Positions 50,870 through 62,418 of a stretch of DNA of 64,000 bases are shown here, piece after piece. Source of the stretch: Azolla caroliniana (Eukaryota; Plantae; Polypodiophyta); the NCBI GenBank assembly GCA_043228905.1, contig JBHGNT010000004.1:2542001-2606000 (forward strand). Direction: 5' to 3'. The translations under genes and the position numbers were made by a program. Below the pieces are notes generated by a model. It saw nothing but the letters and a program-made list of their open reading frames with translations. It was not told the DNA's origin and did not search any database. Every line of letters starts with the position of its first letter. Positions within the stretch are counted from its first letter, which is position 1.

Positions 50870-52703
50870 AGGCTGGACCGGTTTTCTCCGTCCCAACTCA
50901 ATTTGGCGCATGCCGGTGGATGCGCGGTTAGGTGGGGGCTGATGTCGTGAAGAAAACCGTCCACAAGCGGAATCGGTGCACCAGAGCATAGGAACCGGCT
51001 CTTCATGAACGTACGCCTTATGTTGTACATAGAAGATCCTAGGTAGGTAGATTCGGTAGGTAGGAAGTTAATGGGAAACGGCTCCTTCCTTGCCTATAAA
51101 AGAAGGGAGACGAGGAGGGGGTGAGGGATCGTGGAGAAAGGACGAAGTGCTGTCGGTTTGTGGGTCGGAGGCTTCTCTCTCTCTCTCGCTCGCAAACTCC
51201 GTAGCTTCTTGTTGTGCAGGTTTCGGGAGGCTCGCGCTGCTCTAAGGAATGCCCGAGTGCTTCCGGCAGCACCTCCAACCTACTCTTTCCTTTCTGAGCG
51301 TTTACAAACAGGCGTCGACATCTATTCGCCGGCCTGTTCGGTTGTAACCGACTTCGTGCTTCTTGTTGTTTGTTTATTAATATATACATTTACATACATT
51401 CGTGTCTCTCTGTGTCGGTGTCCCACTTGCGTCTTTGTGTCGAAGGGCCGTGTCCCTGTGAATCTACGCTCGCACGTAGTGGGTCCCCTCCCTTCTCCTT
51501 TCTCTCTTGCTCTTCGGTACAAGACCCCCGAGGTCCCGCCTCATTCCACGCATCCGCGTGGAATACCTCGACACCGGTCCTATGGGATTCCTTACACCGA
51601 CCTGGCTGCAGGCCCGAGTGTCGGCGTGAGTCCTATATGAGAGATCGGTGGCGACAAGAGAACGGGACTCGGCAATCCAGAGAAGGACGAACGGACCTGG
51701 ACGAGAACCGGGCGGAGCGGACTCCCGGATGACCATTCCTGGAGGGAGGAAGAGAGCAGGCCTACGAAGAGGCCGAGGACACGGTACATCGGTACCACGG
51801 GAGAGGGTGCGGAGTAAACCGCCCTCTCGGCATGCGGAAAAGGACGACCCGGGACAGGGTCAAGAAGGCGACGAACGCCTACGGAGGATCCTTCACACCG
51901 GTTCTAGTGACTTCGGCAGTCGGCAACGTGGTCGACGTAAGACCAAGATACTGACGGTGGCGGTGAGGTGACGAAGGCAAGGGCTACGGATGGGCAGCCT
52001 ACGGAGGATCCTTCACACCGGTTCTAGAGACTTCGGCAGTCGGCAATGCAGTTGACGTAAGACCAAGATACTGACGGTGGCGGCAAGGTGACGAAGGCAA
52101 TGGGCGTAAGGAAGTCCGGTCCTACGGGATCCCCATACCGGTTCCGAAGACTACGGCTGTTCTGCCAACGTGGCAACGTAAGACTGAGGGAGAAGGAAGG
52201 TGGCGGCGGGAAACGGGACCCGGCTACGCGGAAGACACGAGGAGAGTCCGGGAGGGACTCAAACAAAGGGCACCCGAATTTCGGCAAGCATAGAAACGGA
52301 GTCCGGTCCTATGGGACCCTCACACTGATCCGGAGACTCCGGCAGTTCGGCCAACGTGGCAACGTGAGACCGAGGGAGAAGGACGGCGGCGGCAGGGAAC
52401 GGGACCCGACGACACGAGGTTTCCGAAGGAGCTGGTAGGGGCAAACACGGGGAGGTGTGTCGGGCCGGAAACGCACACCTGGAACAGAACAAGAGTCTCG
52501 CAAATGGCCATCGCGGGCCGGATCGAAGCGTGACTGCGGGGCGTTGTTCGGCGCAGGCGGAAGACGACACAAGGGAGGTGTCGAGAACGAAGTGACAAGT
52601 GCCTAGTGGACTGCACAGGGTCGGAATCAGGATGGCAAGAGAGGCCGCAGGAGGATCCTCCACACTCGCTTCGTAGATCTCGGTAGCTCCGTCGAAGTAA
52701 CGA

Positions 52704-53819
52704 AGCCTCCACACGCTCGTACTAACGCTTTAAAGATCAGCCCGTGTCAACGTTCCACCTTCCCGTTAGCCTCCAGATTGTAGGCTGTGGTGAGCGAGAG
52801 TTTAACCCCTAGCCGGTCAAATGGTTCTTCCGCCTCTTGCGCGTCCAATTCCCCGTGGTCGGCCATGATCTTACCGACGCACCTGTACCGGCATACCACA
52901 TCTTTGATTAGAAACCGGCACACGGCCACGGTCATTTTGTTCTGCAACGCTCGGCCTTCCACCTGGTTCGTCAGGTCCTCCTGAGCCAACAGCAGAAACC
53001 GCATTTGCCCTACCCCCATCGACATCGTCACCAGATCCACCATCCACTTGAAATGGACGGTCGGAGGGTAGGTCGGGTGAAGCTCGTCTCGATGTCGAAC
53101 TATGGAGTGCATCTGACAGCTTTCGCAAGTCGTTACGAACCGATGCACATCCCGGTTTAGTTCCGGCCACCAGTACTTCCCTTTCAGCTTCTCAAATGTG
53201 GCCCACGTCCCGCGGTGTCCGGCCTAGGGACTCTCGTGGTATGCTGTCAGCAGCGCTTTCTGCTCGTCCTTCCTCGTCACTACGCGCAGTGGGGTGCCGC
53301 TTCGCTTTTTCGGGTGCTTCCATATGCATCCTCCCTGTAGGAAGAACCGGAACGCCTTCTTCCGTACCTGGCAGGCCTCTTCTCTCCTCCACGCCGCCTT
53401 CGGCGTCATCGTCCGCAAGAACCTCCCGATTCGGAGCCACTCTTCGTTGTATTCGCTCTTGTCAAACTCATTTAGCGCTGGAGTGCTCCCCTTTCTTGTT
53501 GTTACGTTGGCTGACCCGAAGAAGTCCTCGCCGACTTCTTCGTTATCTGAAATCATGTCGTCCTCGTCGCTGAACCGCGCCCTTGAAAGCATATCAGCCA
53601 TGGCATTATCTTTCCCGGAGATGTGCCGTATATCCGGGTTCAGGAACTTGATGTACGCGATCCACCTGCGCACCGCCAGGTCCGGAGTCGCGCATCCGGA
53701 GACCATACCCGGAATCGGTAGGCAATCTGTCTCGATGATCACTTCTGTCTCGATCAGACAATCCTTGTCGGCCTTGACTGCCGAAACGATACCCCATAGC
53801 TCGCGCTTAACCTGGACGT
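52704..53819 (-). pseudogene. Gypsy G0 RNase H-integrase fragment (older G-family copy hosting N1 and N2)
   Basis: IETDCLP..NAMADMLSR..YHESP; CESCQMHS..NGKVER; same orientation as, and upstream of, the 42120-42342 fragment. Confidence 0.92.
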
Positions 53820-56800
53820 TGTCGCGTTGTTACGCGCGTGCGTGGAGAAAGGCGGGACCACGGGGATCTTGGACTAGGGAGTGACGGAGCGTAGGAAGTC
53901 GCGCTTCACCATTTCCGGGGGATCCCAGAAGAACACCGGAAGCTACCGAAGGGAGAGAGAGAAAGAGAGGGAGCGCGTGCTTAACACCGACTCACGCACA
54001 CACACGCACACACACACACATGCCGACCCTACTCACGCCCTTATGTACAGGAAACGCAGGAAAGGGAAAGCATCTGACACCAACAGAGACGCGAATATAC
54101 AGAGACAGACGCAACGTATATATATATATATAAAAGGAAGAATACATTCCCGGCGTCGAGCCGGACCAAGGTAGGTTACAGTAGTCGTCAGCTGCCAAGC
54201 CGCTGGTCGGGAAGCTCACGGGCTCGTTGCGCCGAGCGGGGTCTTGCGCAGGAGATGAGCTGAAGCAAACCCTAAACGAACGCGAAGGGGGAGAAGAAGA
54301 AGAAGAAGAAGAAGAAGAAGAAGAAGAAGAAGAAGAAGAAGAAACTAACTCTAAACCTAACGGTATACCCTCTAATGCAAAATGGGCAACCCTTTCACCA
54401 AGGGCGTTCCCTTCCTTTTATAGAACAAGGAGAGGGATGCGTTACAATGTGGGATAAATCCTGACTTACATATTCTTCGGCGCCATAAAGGCGCCCTCCA
54501 TATTCACACTAAATGTACATGGGTGCGTACACACGCTGCAACCCGCCGATGTAGCCAATGTTTCCTAGTTTTCGCCTCTGGCCGAAATTCTTCGCGACAT
54601 CCGCCCCACCTAACTGCACGTCCACCGGTACGTGCCAAATCTGGTTGAAGGGTGAGAGATTTCGGCCGGTGAGAAACCGGTCTCCCGTGATCCGCATCTC
54701 GGCTCGCTGCCGGTTTGATCCGTCGGCTTCGAGTCTTCCTTCGTGCTCGCCTCCCCGTAGGCTCGTTTGACCCGTCGATGGGCCCTCTGCCGCGATCTTC
54801 GTAGTACGCATACTTCCGTTGGCCCTTGTTCGGCCGTATGAATGCCCCGCTTCCCGCCGTAGGCCCGATGTCCTCCGCTTGAGGCATGCTCGTAGTGGCC
54901 CGCATGGCCTCCGTTGATCATTCGCGTCGTCCTGATTGCCGTCCTTTGTCATTTCGCGTTGCCCTCGTCCTCTTGCCGCCACCTTCGTTCTCCATGGTCT
55001 TACATCGCCGCGTCGGCTCAAACCGCCATGGTCTCCGGAACGGTGTGGAGGATCTCTTTCCGGCCTGATCGTGCATCGCCGACCAGCCGCATACCGGCGT
55101 CCTTTGCATCCGAGGAACACCCCGTAGTAGCCCGTTTGGCCCTTCCCATCTTCGTGCTGCTGCAGTAGGTCCTGAGTCTTCCGCTTGCCGTCGTCCCCTC
55201 GCCCCCACCAGCTTGTCACCCCGGGCTTGCCGTGTCAGTCTTCGCTACTTCGACGGAGCTCCCGAGATCCCTGAAGCGAGTGTGGAGGATCCTCCTCCGG
55301 CCTCTCTTGCCATCCCCTGACTCCGATCCTCTGCAGTTCACTAGGCACTTGTCACCTCGTTCCCGACGCCTCCCTTGTGCTGTCTTCCGCTTCCTTCGTT
55401 CGACCCCGCCTGCGCCGAACACCGTCCCGTAGTCACGCTTCGATCCGGCCCGCGATGGCCACTTGCGAGACCCTTGTTCTGTCCCAGGTGTGCCTTTCCG
55501 GCCTGACACACCTCCCCGTGTTTGCCCCTACCGGCTCCTTCCGAAACCTCGTGTCGTCGGGTCTCCTTCCCTGCCGCCACCGTCCTTCTCCATCGGTCTT
55601 ACGTTGCCCCGTTGGCTGATCAGCCGAGGTCTCCGGATCGGTGTGAGGGTCCCATAGGACCGGACTCCGTTTCTATGCTTGCCGAAATTCGGGTGTCTTC
55701 TGTTTGAGTCCCTCCCGGACTCTCCTCGTGTCTTCCGCGTAGTCGGGTCCCGTTTCCCGCCGCCACCTTCCTTCTCCCTCGGTCTTCCGTTGCCACGTTG
55801 GCTGAACAGCCGGGGTCTCCGGTTAAGTGTGGGGATCCCGTAGGACCGGATTTCCTTACGCCCATTGCCTTCGTCACCTCGCCACCACCGTCAGTATCTT
55901 GTTCTTACGTCGACCGCGTTGCCGACTGCCGAAGTCTCTAGAACCGGTGTGAAGGATCCTCCGTAGGCGTCCGATTTGTCTTCCCGACCCTGTCCCGGGT
56001 CGTCCCTTTCCGCATGCCGAGAGGGCGGTTTACTCTGCACCCTCTCCCGTGGTACCGACATACCGTGTCCTCGGCCTCTTCGTAGGCCTGCTCTCTTCCG
56101 TATTCGCTCGCATCGTGCCAGGACTACTCGGTACCTCCATCCATCTCCTCGGTCTTGCATGGGCATACGGGCCCGAATGCCAAGTTCTTCGGAATCGGGT
56201 CCGTGGGCTTTCGTTCGCTCCTTCCCCGTATCATCTCGCCGGTGATTCTTGGTCTATCGCCGCTGCCTTCCTCCGATTGGGACTCGCGTGGGAACTCGGG
56301 CCCGACTGCCATCGTCTCGGGAGCAAGTGCGGGAAGACACAAAGAATCGCCCGTCCGATTTACGCCCTTGTCCGTAGCCACCGGCTCTCCGTGGTCGGCG
56401 GTCGTCTTCTTACCGATTGCGCAAGCCCCGTCTGGGCTTGCTTCTCCAATGACCGGGATCTCGGGATGACATACCCGAAACCGCTGGTCCCCACGTTCCG
56501 GTTCCGCAATCGGTATCTCGGCCTCGTCCTTGGCCGTTCTATCTCTGCAAGTCGAGACGGCGTTTTGTTCCGCACCCTCTCCCGTGGTACCGTCATACCG
56601 ATCTTCCGCCGTCGCGTGGGGCAAGTCCGTCTCCTCATTCTTGGCTTGCGGCCTTGATCTTTCCTCATCCTCGACCATCGCCTCGAGAGCTGCGTACGCC
56701 TTCGTAATCCTAGCCCCAACGCCGATTCTTGCCAACTCCCTTTGCCGTTCGGCCTCTTCCTGCTGTGATGGCACGCCGTCGCGCCCCTTCCTCATAGCCT

Positions 56801-57984
56801 TCTCGGCTCGCTCGTTGTCTAGCCGTTGGCACACCCTTCCGACCTTCGACCAGTCCTCCGTAAGCCCATTCGCCCCGTCATCGTCTTCGAGCTCAATCCC
56901 GATGGCCTCCCGTTCCGCTAGGTCGATCGACTTGACGAACAATAGGACCTTGTCCGCCCCCACCAAACCTTGTTCCCGCTTCGGGAGCCGAGGAAGCCGT
57001 CGCTCGAACTCTCGGAACGCCTTTGTCGCGCCCCGGTGGGTCTTTGCCGATGCTACCCACTGGTCGAAGTCGTGTCGTCCCCGGCTCTTCCGCCGTCCTC
57101 CGTATGCCTTCAGGAGCCCCTCTTCGAAGGCCTCCCACGAACCATAAGCCTCACGGAGCTCCTTTACTTCCGCATGCATCCGGATAGCTACGACCCGATA
57201 GAAGAACTCCAGCCTTAACGCCTCGTCTACGCCACGCTCCTCCATTTCCGCATTGTAGGCTTCCAAGTAAGGTGGGACTTTGTCCTCGTTGAAACGGCCG
57301 ACTCTTTCGACCACTCGCTCAGCCGCTTGTTGCGCTGCTTCTCGCCTCAGCACCACTCGTGCCGACTCCAACACCACTTCGGCCACCATCTCCGCAAGGT
57401 CGTCGTCTTCCGACTCCATCCTCCCTTGCCGCCTTTCACGTCGGGTTCACCAAATATGTCGCGTTGTTACGTGCGTGCGTGGAGAAAGGCGGGACCACGG
57501 GGGTCTTGGACTAGGGAGTGACGGAGCGTAGGAAGTCGCGCTTCACCGTTTCCGGGGGATCCCAGAAGAACACCGGAAGCTACCGAAGGGAGAGAGAGAA
57601 AGAGAGGGAGCGCGCGCTTAACACCGACTCACGCACACACACGCACACACACGCACATGCCGACCCTACTCACGCCCTTATGTACAGGAGACGCAGGATA
57701 GGGGAAGCACCCGACACCAACAGAGACGCGAATATATAGAGACAGACGCAACGTATATATATATATATATAAAAGGAAGAATACATTCCCGGCGTCGAAC
57801 CGGACCAAGGTAGGTTACAGTAGTCGTCAGCTGCCAAGCCACCGGTCGGGGAGCTCACGGGCTCGTCGCGCCGAGCGGGGTCTTGCGCAGGAGATGAGCT
57901 GAAGCAAACCCTAAACGAACACGAAGGGGGAGAAGAAGAAGAAGAAGAAGAAGAAGAAGAATAAACTAACTCTAAACCTAACGG
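53820..57984 (-). mobile_element. Gag-only LTR element N2; 3' LTR 53820-54599, PBS-Trp 57436-57452, partial 5' LTR 57457-57984
   Basis: LTR pair, PPT GTTAGGTGGGGCGGA, ~2.85-kb interior with no PR/RT/RH/INT motifs; (GAA)n tract at ~54292-54343. Confidence 0.92.
56124..57419 (-). CDS. Gag-like protein of N2
   Basis: 431-aa ORF starting ~16 nt after the PBS, closely similar to N1/N3; acidic C-terminal half; no CCHC knuckle. Confidence 0.82.
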   Translation of the reverse strand: MESEDDDLAEMVAEVVLESARVVLRREAAQQAAERVVERVGRFNEDKVPPYLEAYNAEMEERGVDEALRLEFFYRVVAIRMHAEVKELREAYGSWEAFEEGLLKAYGGRRKSRGRHDFDQWVASAKTHRGATKAFREFERRLPRLPKREQGLVGADKVLLFVKSIDLAEREAIGIELEDDDGANGLTEDWSKVGRVCQRLDNERAEKAMRKGRDGVPSQQEEAERQRELARIGVGARITKAYAALEAMVEDEERSRPQAKNEETDLPHATAEDRYDGTTGEGAEQNAVSTCRDRTAKDEAEIPIAEPERGDQRFRVCHPEIPVIGEASPDGACAIGKKTTADHGEPVATDKGVNRTGDSLCLPALAPETMAVGPEFPRESQSEEGSGDRPRITGEMIRGRSERKPTDPIPKNLAFGPVCPCKTEEMDGGTE

Positions 57985-58161
57985 TGTCGCGTTGTTACGC
58001 GCGTGCGTGGAGAAAGGCGGGACCACGGGGGTCTTGGACTAGGGAGCGACGGAGCGTAGGAAGTCGCACTTCACCGTTTCTGGGGCATCCCAGAAGCACG
58101 CCGGAAGCAACCGAAGGGAGAGAGAGAGAAAGAGAGGGAGCGCGCGCTTGACACCGACTCG

Positions 58162-58198
<37 letters not shown>

Positions 58199-59258
58199 CT
58201 CACGCCCTCATGTACAGGAAACGCAGGAAAGGGGAAGTACCCGACACCAACAAAGACGCCAATATACAAAGACAGACGCAACGTATATATATATATATAA
58301 AAGGAAGAATACATTCCCGGCGTCGAGCCGGACCAAGGTAGGTTACAGTAGTCGTCAGCTGCCAAGCCACCGGTCGGGGAGCTCACGGGCTCGTTGCGCC
58401 GAGCGGGGTCTTGCGCAAGAGATGAGCTGAAGAAAACCCTAAACGAACACGAAGGGGGAGAAGAAGAAGAAGAAGAAACTAACTCTAAACCTAACGGTGT
58501 CGCGTTGTTACGCGCGTGCGTGGAGAAAGGCAGGACCACGGGGGTCTTGGACTAGGGAGCGACGGAGCGTAGGAAGTCGCACTTCACCGTTTCCGGGGCA
58601 TCCCAGAAGCACGCCGGAAGCAACCGAAGGGAGAGAGAGAGAAAGAGAGGGAGCGCGCGCTTGACACCGACTCGCGCGCACACACACACACACGCGCACA
58701 CACACAGCTCACGCCCTCATGTACAAGAAACGCAGGAAAGGGGAAGCACCCGACACCAACAAAGACGCCAATATACACAGACAGACGCAAACGTATATGT
58801 ATATATATATAAGAAGAGTACATTCCCGGCTTCGAGCCGGACTGAGGTAGGTTACAGTAGTCGTATGCTGCCAAGCCGCCGTCGGGGAGCTCTCAGCTCG
58901 TCGCGCCAAGCGGGGTCTTGCACAGGAGGCCGAACCAAAGCGAACCCTAAGCAAAACACGAAGGCGGAGAAGAAGAAGAACCTAACTCTAAACCTAACGG
59001 TATACCTTTGAAAGCAAAATGGGCAACCCTTTCACAAAGGGCGTTCCCTTCCTTTTATAGAACAAGGAAAGGGATGCATTACAATGTGGGCCAAATCCCG
59101 CCTTACATGGGATCGTCTGCCCCGACTTGACTACTCTTCGGCGCCATAAAGGCCCCTCGATATTCACACTAAATGTACATGGGTGCGTGCACACGCTGCA
59201 CCCCGCCGATGTAGCCAACGTTCCCGGTTTCCGCCTCTGGCTGAAATTCTTCACGACA
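57457..59258 (-). repeat. Head-to-tail stack of N-family LTR segments: 57457-57984, 57985-58497 and full LTR 58498-59258
   Basis: Three starts TGTCGCGTTGTTAC; the first two segments both end at ...CTAAACCTAACGG. Confidence 0.95.
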
Positions 59259-62200
59259 TCCGCCCCAACCTAACCGCACATCCACCGGTATGTGCCAAGC
59301 CCGGTTGAAGGGTGAGAGATTTCGGCCGGTGAGAAACCGGTCTTCCGTGATCCGCATCTCGGCTCGCTGCCGGGTTGACCCGTCGGCTTCGAGTCTTCCT
59401 TCGCGTTCGCCAACCCGTAGGCTCGTTCGACCCGTCGATGGGCCCTCTGCCGTGATCTTCGTAGTACGCGTACTTCCGTTGGCCCTTGTTCGGCCGTATG
59501 AGCGCCCTGCTTCCCGCCGTACGCCCCGATGTCCTCCGCTTGAGGCATGCCCATAGTGGCCCGCTTGGCCTCCGTTGACCCTTCGTGATGCCCTGGTTGT
59601 CGTCCCATGTTGCTTCGGGTGGCCACCGCCCTCTCGCCGCCACCTTCCTTCTCCATGGTCTTACATTGCCGCGTCGGCTCGAACCGCCATGGTCTCCGGA
59701 ACGGTGTGGAGGATCCCTTTCCGGCCTTCTCCGTGCTCGCCTTTCCGCTCCGGCACCTCCGTGTGCCACATACCCTCGTCCGTTCTTTGGCACTGCCCGT
59801 GTTGCACTCCTTCTCGGCCCCCTTTCCGGCCAGATCGTGCATCGCTTCTCACCCGCATACCGGTGTCCTTTGCATCCGAGGAACACCCCGTAGTAGCCCG
59901 CTTGGCCATTCCCGTCTTCATGCCGCTGCAACAGGTCCTGAGTCCCCACTTGCAGTCACGCTTCGATCCGGCCCGCGATGGCCATTTGAGAGACTCTTGT
60001 TCTGTTCTAGGTGTGCGTTTCCGGCCTGACACACCTCCCCGTGTTTGCCCCTACTGGCTCCTTCCGAAGCTCGTGTCGTCAGGTCCCGTTCCCTGCCGCC
60101 ACCGTCCTTCTCCCTCGGTCTCACATTGCCACGTTGGCCGAACTACCAGAGTCTCCGGATCAGTGTGAGGGTCCCATAGGACCGGACTCCGTTTCTATGG
60201 TTGCCGAAATTCGGGTGCTTTTTGTTTGAGTCACTCCCGGACTCTCCTCGTGTCTCCCGCGTAGCCGAGTCCCGTTTCACGCCGCCACCTTCCTTCTCCC
60301 TCGGTCTTACGTTGCCACGTTGGCAGAACGGCCGGAGTCTCCGGAACCGGTGTGGGGATCCCGTAGGACCGGACTTCCTTACGCCCATCAGTATCTTGGT
60401 CTTACGTCGACCGCGTTGCCGACTGCCGAAGTCTCTAAAACCGGTGTGAAGGATCCTCCGTAGGCGTTCGTCGCCTTCTTGACCCTGTCCCGAGTCGTCC
60501 TTTTCTGCATGCCGAGAGAGCGGTTTACTCCGCACCCTCTCCCGTGGTACCGACGTACCATGTCCTCGACCTCTTCGTAGGCCTGCTCTCTTCCTCCCTC
60601 CCGGAATGGTCATCCGGGAGTCTGCTCCGCCCGGTTCTCGTCCGGGTCCGTTCGTCCTTCTCCGGATTGTCGAGTCCCGTTCTCCTGTTGCCACTGATCT
60701 CGCTTATAGGACTCATGCCGGCACTCGGGCCTGCAGCCGGATCGGGGTAAGGAATCCCATAGGACCGGCTTTCATTCTCTTTCCAAATCTCGACCTTCGC
60801 CCGGTTGGTCTTTCTCCCCATGTAAAAGAGGGCGGCTCGTCCCGCACCCCCTTCCGTATCGGCACTTTCATGCCGAATCCGGCCCCGATCGAACAATCCA
60901 CTACCAGATCACGCTCCACCTGTATCGGAATGCCGATCTCCTCGTGTCGTGTCCGTCCTCAGCCTTCTCGCAGGCTGTCTCCCATCCATCTTTGCTGGCA
61001 TCGTGCCAGGACTCTTCAGTACCGCTATCCATCTCCTCGGTCTTACATGGGAATACGGGCCCGAATGCCGAGTTCTCCGGAATCGGGTCTGTGGGCTCTC
61101 GTCCGTTCCTTCCCCGTATCGTCTCGCCGGTGATTCTTGCCCTTTCGCCGCTGCCTTCCTTCGCTGGGACTCACGTGGGCACTCTGGCCCGACTACCATC
61201 GTCTCGGGAGCAAGTGTGGGAAGACACAAAGAATCGCCCGTCCGGTTTACTCCCTTGTCCGTAGCCACCGACTCTTCGTGGTCGGCGGTCGTCTTCTTAC
61301 CGATCGCGCAAGCCCCGTCTGGTCTCGCTTCTCCAATGGCCGAGATCTCAAGTTGACACGCCCGAAACCGCCGGTCCCAATGATCCGGTTCCGCGATCTG
61401 TATCTCGGCCTCGTCCTTGGCCGTTCTATCTCCGCAAGTCGAGAGGGCGTTTTGTTCCGCACCCCCTCTCGTGCTACCATCGTACCGATCTTCCGCTGTC
61501 GCGTGGGGCAAGTCCGTCTCCTCGGTCTCAGCTTCCGGCCTCGATCTTCCCTCTTCCTCAAGCATCGCTTTAAGAGCTACGTACGCCTCCGCAATCCTGG
61601 TCCCAACGCCGACCCTTGCCGACTCTCTTTGTCGTTCGGCCTCTTCCCGCTGTGATGGCACGCCGTCGCGTCCCTTCCTCTTAGCCTTCTCGGCTCGCTC
61701 ATCATCTAGCCGTTGGCACACCCTTCCGACCTTCGACCAGTCCTCCGTAAGCCCATTCGCTCCATCATCGTCTTCGAGCTCAATCCCGATGGCCTCCCGT
61801 TCCGCTCGGTCGATCGACCGGACGAACAATAGGACCTTGTCCGCCCACACCAAACCTTGTTCCCGCTCTGGGAGCCGACCAAGCCGTCGCTCGAACTCCC
61901 AGAACGCCTTCGTCGCGCACCGGTGGGTCTTTGCCGATGCTACCCACTGGTCGAAGTCGTGTCGTCCCCGGCTCTTCCGCCGTCCTCCGTATGCCTTCAG
62001 GAGCGCCTCTTCGAAGGCCTCCCATGAACTATGAGCCTCATGGAGCTCCTTTATTTCTGCATGCGTCCAGACAGCCACGACCCGACAGAAGAACTCCAGC
62101 CTCAACGCCTCGTCTACGCCACGCTCCTCCATTTCCGCGTTGTAGGCTTCCGAGTAAGGTGGGACTTTGTCCCCGTTGAAACGGCCGACTCTTTCGACCA

Positions 62201-62418
62201 CTCGCTCAAACGCTTGTTGCGCTGCTTCTCGCCTCATCACCTCTCGTGCCGACTCCAACACCACTTCGGCCACCATCTCTGCAAGATCGTCATCTTCCGA
62301 CTCTATATTCCCTTGCCGCCTTTCACGTCGGGTTCACCAAAGATGTCGCGTTGTTACGCGCGTGCGTGGAGAAAGGCGGGACCACGGGGGTCTTGGACTA
62401 GGGAGCGACGGAGCGTAG
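58498..62418 (-). mobile_element. Gag-only LTR element N3; 3' LTR 58498-59258, PBS-Trp 62323-62339, 5' LTR from 62344 cut by copia C5
   Basis: Same structure as N2; PPT GGTTAGGTTGGGGCGGA; contains the empty site for the G1 insertion at ~60765. Confidence 0.92.
60909..62306 (-). CDS. Gag-like protein of N3 (start codon mutated to ATA; C-terminal frameshift)
   Basis: 455-aa ORF in the track from 62276; homologous start at 62306. Confidence 0.75.
   Translation of the reverse strand: MESEDDDLAEMVAEVVLESAREVMRREAAQQAFERVVERVGRFNGDKVPPYSEAYNAEMEERGVDEALRLEFFCRVVAVWTHAEIKELHEAHSSWEAFEEALLKAYGGRRKSRGRHDFDQWVASAKTHRCATKAFWEFERRLGRLPEREQGLVWADKVLLFVRSIDRAEREAIGIELEDDDGANGLTEDWSKVGRVCQRLDDERAEKAKRKGRDGVPSQREEAERQRESARVGVGTRIAEAYVALKAMLEEEGRSRPEAETEETDLPHATAEDRYDGSTRGGAEQNALSTCGDRTAKDEAEIQIAEPDHWDRRFRACQLEISAIGEARPDGACAIGKKTTADHEESVATDKGVNRTGDSLCLPTLAPETMVVGPECPRESQRRKAAAKGQESPARRYGEGTDESPQTRFRRTRHSGPYSHVRPRRWIAVLKSPGTMPAKMDGRQPARRLRTDTTRGDRHSDTGGA

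Larger units (their letters stand above)
44611..51573 (+). mobile_element. Full-length but mutated Ty3/gypsy G1; LTRs 44611-45246 and 50943-51573; TSD CCGG
   Basis: Paired LTRs TGTC(A/G)TGAAG...CTCGACA; PBS-Trp 45250-45266; PPT GGTTAGGTGGGGG before 50943; domain order gag-PR-RT-RH-INT; no chromodomain evident. Confidence 0.96.
42343..52703 (+). mobile_element. Gag-only LTR element N1 (5' LTR 42343-43031, PBS-Trp), interrupted by G1 and 3'-truncated
   Basis: LTR starts TGTCGTGAAGAA; PBS TGGTGAACCCGACGTGA at ~43036-43052; internal region colinear with N2/N3 on both sides of the G1 insertion. Confidence 0.88.

Noticed and set aside
57457-59258. CRISPR-like or satellite interpretation of the repeats
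   Set aside because: Units are ~520-bp LTR segments with no unique spacers, in a eukaryotic context with no cas genes.
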